A stretch of DNA of 62,926 nt, counting the filler, from Basidiobolus meristosporus CBS 931.73 (taxonomy: Eukaryota; Fungi; Basidiobolomycota): the NCBI GenBank assembly GCA_002104905.1. It is 3 parts of 3 records of this genome, joined end to end, with 100 filler letters (N's around TTAATTAATTAA, not from the genome) between each part and the next. Parts side by side here need not be neighbours in the genome. Positions count along the whole stretch, not along the records: positions 48,499 to 62,926 come from MCFE01001176.1; 2 more parts are not named here. One strand, given 5' to 3'. The notes beneath the pieces were generated by a model, which worked only from the letters and a program-made list of their open reading frames with translations, was not told the DNA's origin and searched no databases. Each line of letters begins with the position of its first letter. The first letter of the stretch is position 1. The position numbers and the translations under genes are program-made. This document shows, piece by piece, positions 61,267 through 62,926 of this stretch.

Positions 61267-62926
61267 TTAGGGGGGGGGAGACAGTCACCAACAGGTGAAA
61301 TCTTTATTTCAGTTGAAACAAAGAAGCCAGCGCTACTGTTGTAGCTTTGATACAAGAGTGTGTAGCTGAGGGGAATTTGTAGGTAAGTTAATAAGAAGTG
61401 ATGATAGTTCTTCAGTGCTCAAGACACTGTTGAGTGGGAAGGGGGGTAGCAAGAGAGGTAAGAATGACTTGTGAACAACATTAATGAGGGGAATGTGATA
61501 AGGATTGATATTCATCATAAATGGAGTGTGCTGCTGCAGATATTGCTGCCAAAGGTCTGTCAAGTACTTCAGGTAGGCCAGCTTGGGTTTTTCTGACTGC
61601 AGAATAAAGTGAGCAAACTTCTTGACTTCAGGATCTCCAAGTATAGTTCTCCAGCAGGAGCCAGGTGTTGTGTGGTGTGTTCTCTTCCAGGCCTTAATCA
61701 GTGGGTTGTTGCAGTTGTGAAGTCTGAGGTATAATCTGGTTCTAAGGTAGAGAAGTCTGATCTTATAGGGCATAAACCCAAAAGCACCAAGAATAGCATG
61801 TCTGTAGGGGCATTCAGGCAAATGAGGCACCAAGGAGGTAATGCACCATACTGCAAACTTGTCAAGCTTAGTGCAGTCTCTAGAAGTAAGAGAGAGAAGT
61901 GGTAAGCCAAATTCCAGGACAGGGAAGACAAACTGCTTGAGTAGAAGGAGGCAGCTGGGAGCTGAAGTTGTAGGAGGAGTAACAGCCAGTAGCTTGTGGA
62001 GTGCCTGTCTTGCCAGGATAATTCTCTTCTTCAGGTGTGCTCCAGAGTCTAGTCCAGTAGGAAGGAAAGGAAAGCCAAGATATGTAGCAGAAACCTGAGC
62101 AGGTAGAGTGGAGTTCTCCAAGTTGATGGCAGAGCCCAAAGGTACTGTCTTTGCAATGGAAAGCTGGAGATTATTCTTCTGCAGATACTGGTGGATGGTC
62201 TGGGAGTCTTGTTGCACATTGGAGGAGGATATTCTGATGTCATCAGCAAAGAGAGTAACCAGGCAGTCAGCTGAGAGTCTTGGGAAGTCATTCAGGAAGA
62301 TGGCAAACAGTATAGGACCAAGCACAGAGCCTTGAACCACTCCATTAGGAACTGAGAACACAGCTGATTGCTCACTTGGGTGCAGAATTCTTGCTTGTGG
62401 ATCCAGAAACAGAGACCTGACAAGGAGGGTGAGAGAGGTACTGGAGAAGCATTGCAACTTGGACCAAAGCAGATTTCTGTCAACTGAATCAAAGGCCTTA
62501 GTAATATCAAATAGAACAGAGGGATACTTGCACTGGAGAGAGTGATCTTGGCTAAGTATGACTGCATATTCCAAGGAGAGGCCAGGAACAAAGCCAAACT
62601 GTGCAGGATGAAACTTGAGGGAGTCAGAGTAGAGCTCCTGAGCAAGCAGAAGCTCAAACACCTTTCTGCAGGTGGGCAACAGAGATATTGGCCTGTAGGA
62701 GCTAGGATCCAGGTGCTTTCCTTTACCCTTGTACAGTGGCAGAACATTTGCAAAGGACCATTCCTCAGGAGTAGAAAGCTGGGCTGAGCATTGCTGAAAC
62801 AGTGGAAGCAGAAGTGCAGACATGGCCTTGGTACTAGTCTTCAGAAGCTCATAAGAGATTGTGTCCACACCTGGAGCAGTAGAGTTGGGAAGCCTCTTGA
62901 GCACATTATGGATTCTCCTTTGATCA
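61267..62926 (-). mobile_element. LINE (non-LTR retrotransposon), 3' part, running off the window
   Basis: RT ORF, short 3' UTR with AATAAA, and a 3' end of C9-TAA with no poly(A). Confidence 0.93.
61333..62904 (-). CDS. LINE-type reverse transcriptase (ORF2, N-terminus outside the window)
   Basis: APGVD, LPLYKGKG, SYRPISLL, QFGF, DITKAFDSV, GVVQGSVLGPILF and LFADD. No C-terminal CCHC or restriction-like endonuclease motif was seen. Confidence 0.93.
   Translation of the reverse strand: MLKRLPNSTAPGVDTISYELLKTSTKAMSALLLPLFQQCSAQLSTPEEWSFANVLPLYKGKGKHLDPSSYRPISLLPTCRKVFELLLAQELYSDSLKFHPAQFGFVPGLSLEYAVILSQDHSLQCKYPSVLFDITKAFDSVDRNLLWSKLQCFSSTSLTLLVRSLFLDPQARILHPSEQSAVFSVPNGVVQGSVLGPILFAIFLNDFPRLSADCLVTLFADDIRISSSNVQQDSQTIHQYLQKNNLQLSIAKTVPLGSAINLENSTLPAQVSATYLGFPFLPTGLDSGAHLKKRIILARQALHKLLAVTPPTTSAPSCLLLLKQFVFPVLEFGLPLLSLTSRDCTKLDKFAVWCITSLVPHLPECPYRHAILGAFGFMPYKIRLLYLRTRLYLRLHNCNNPLIKAWKRTHHTTPGSCWRTILGDPEVKKFAHFILQSEKPKLAYLKYLTDLWQQYLQQHTPFMMNINPYHIPLINVVHKSFLPLLLPPFPLNSVLSTEELSSLLINLPTNSPQLHTLVSKLQQ

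Overview
This is a eukaryotic, probably fungal-type, transposable-element graveyard; no species can be assigned from the sequence. It contains two 100-bp scaffold gaps. About 95% of the window is nested mobile DNA. (i) One Ty1/Copia family with 350-bp LTRs: one near-intact copy with identical LTRs, two decayed full copies, an older relative, a 3' fragment and a truncated LTR. (ii) A second Copia family with 369-bp LTRs. (iii) A full-length Ty3/Gypsy element with 1071-bp LTRs and 4-bp TSD, a related solo LTR and two further solo-LTR families. (iv) A PIF/Harbinger-ISL2EU (IS5-like DDE_Tnp_4) DNA transposon family: one complete 3.4-kb copy with an intact transposase, one decayed copy and two 211-bp MITEs. 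(v) Many degenerate copies of an EnSpm/CACTA-superfamily element with CCCTA ends and a divergent second ORF. (vi) A LINE-type RT element at the right edge. Only one apparent host gene is present, an intronless CpG-rich 532-aa membrane protein at 58763-60361 (minus strand). The repeats show strong CpG-specific decay. The most unusual signal is at 61045-62926, where a Copia LTR is cut off and continues directly into TTAGGG repeats. Two head-to-tail LINE copies follow, and their 3' ends are CCCTAA-type rather than poly(A), which is the geometry expected of a telomere-targeting or chromosome-healing retrotransposon array. A second notable pattern is that two intact TE ORFs (LINE RT and the DDE transposase) appear to contain no CpG at all, whereas the transposase partner ORF and the host gene are CpG-rich. 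All counts were made by eye and need computational confirmation.
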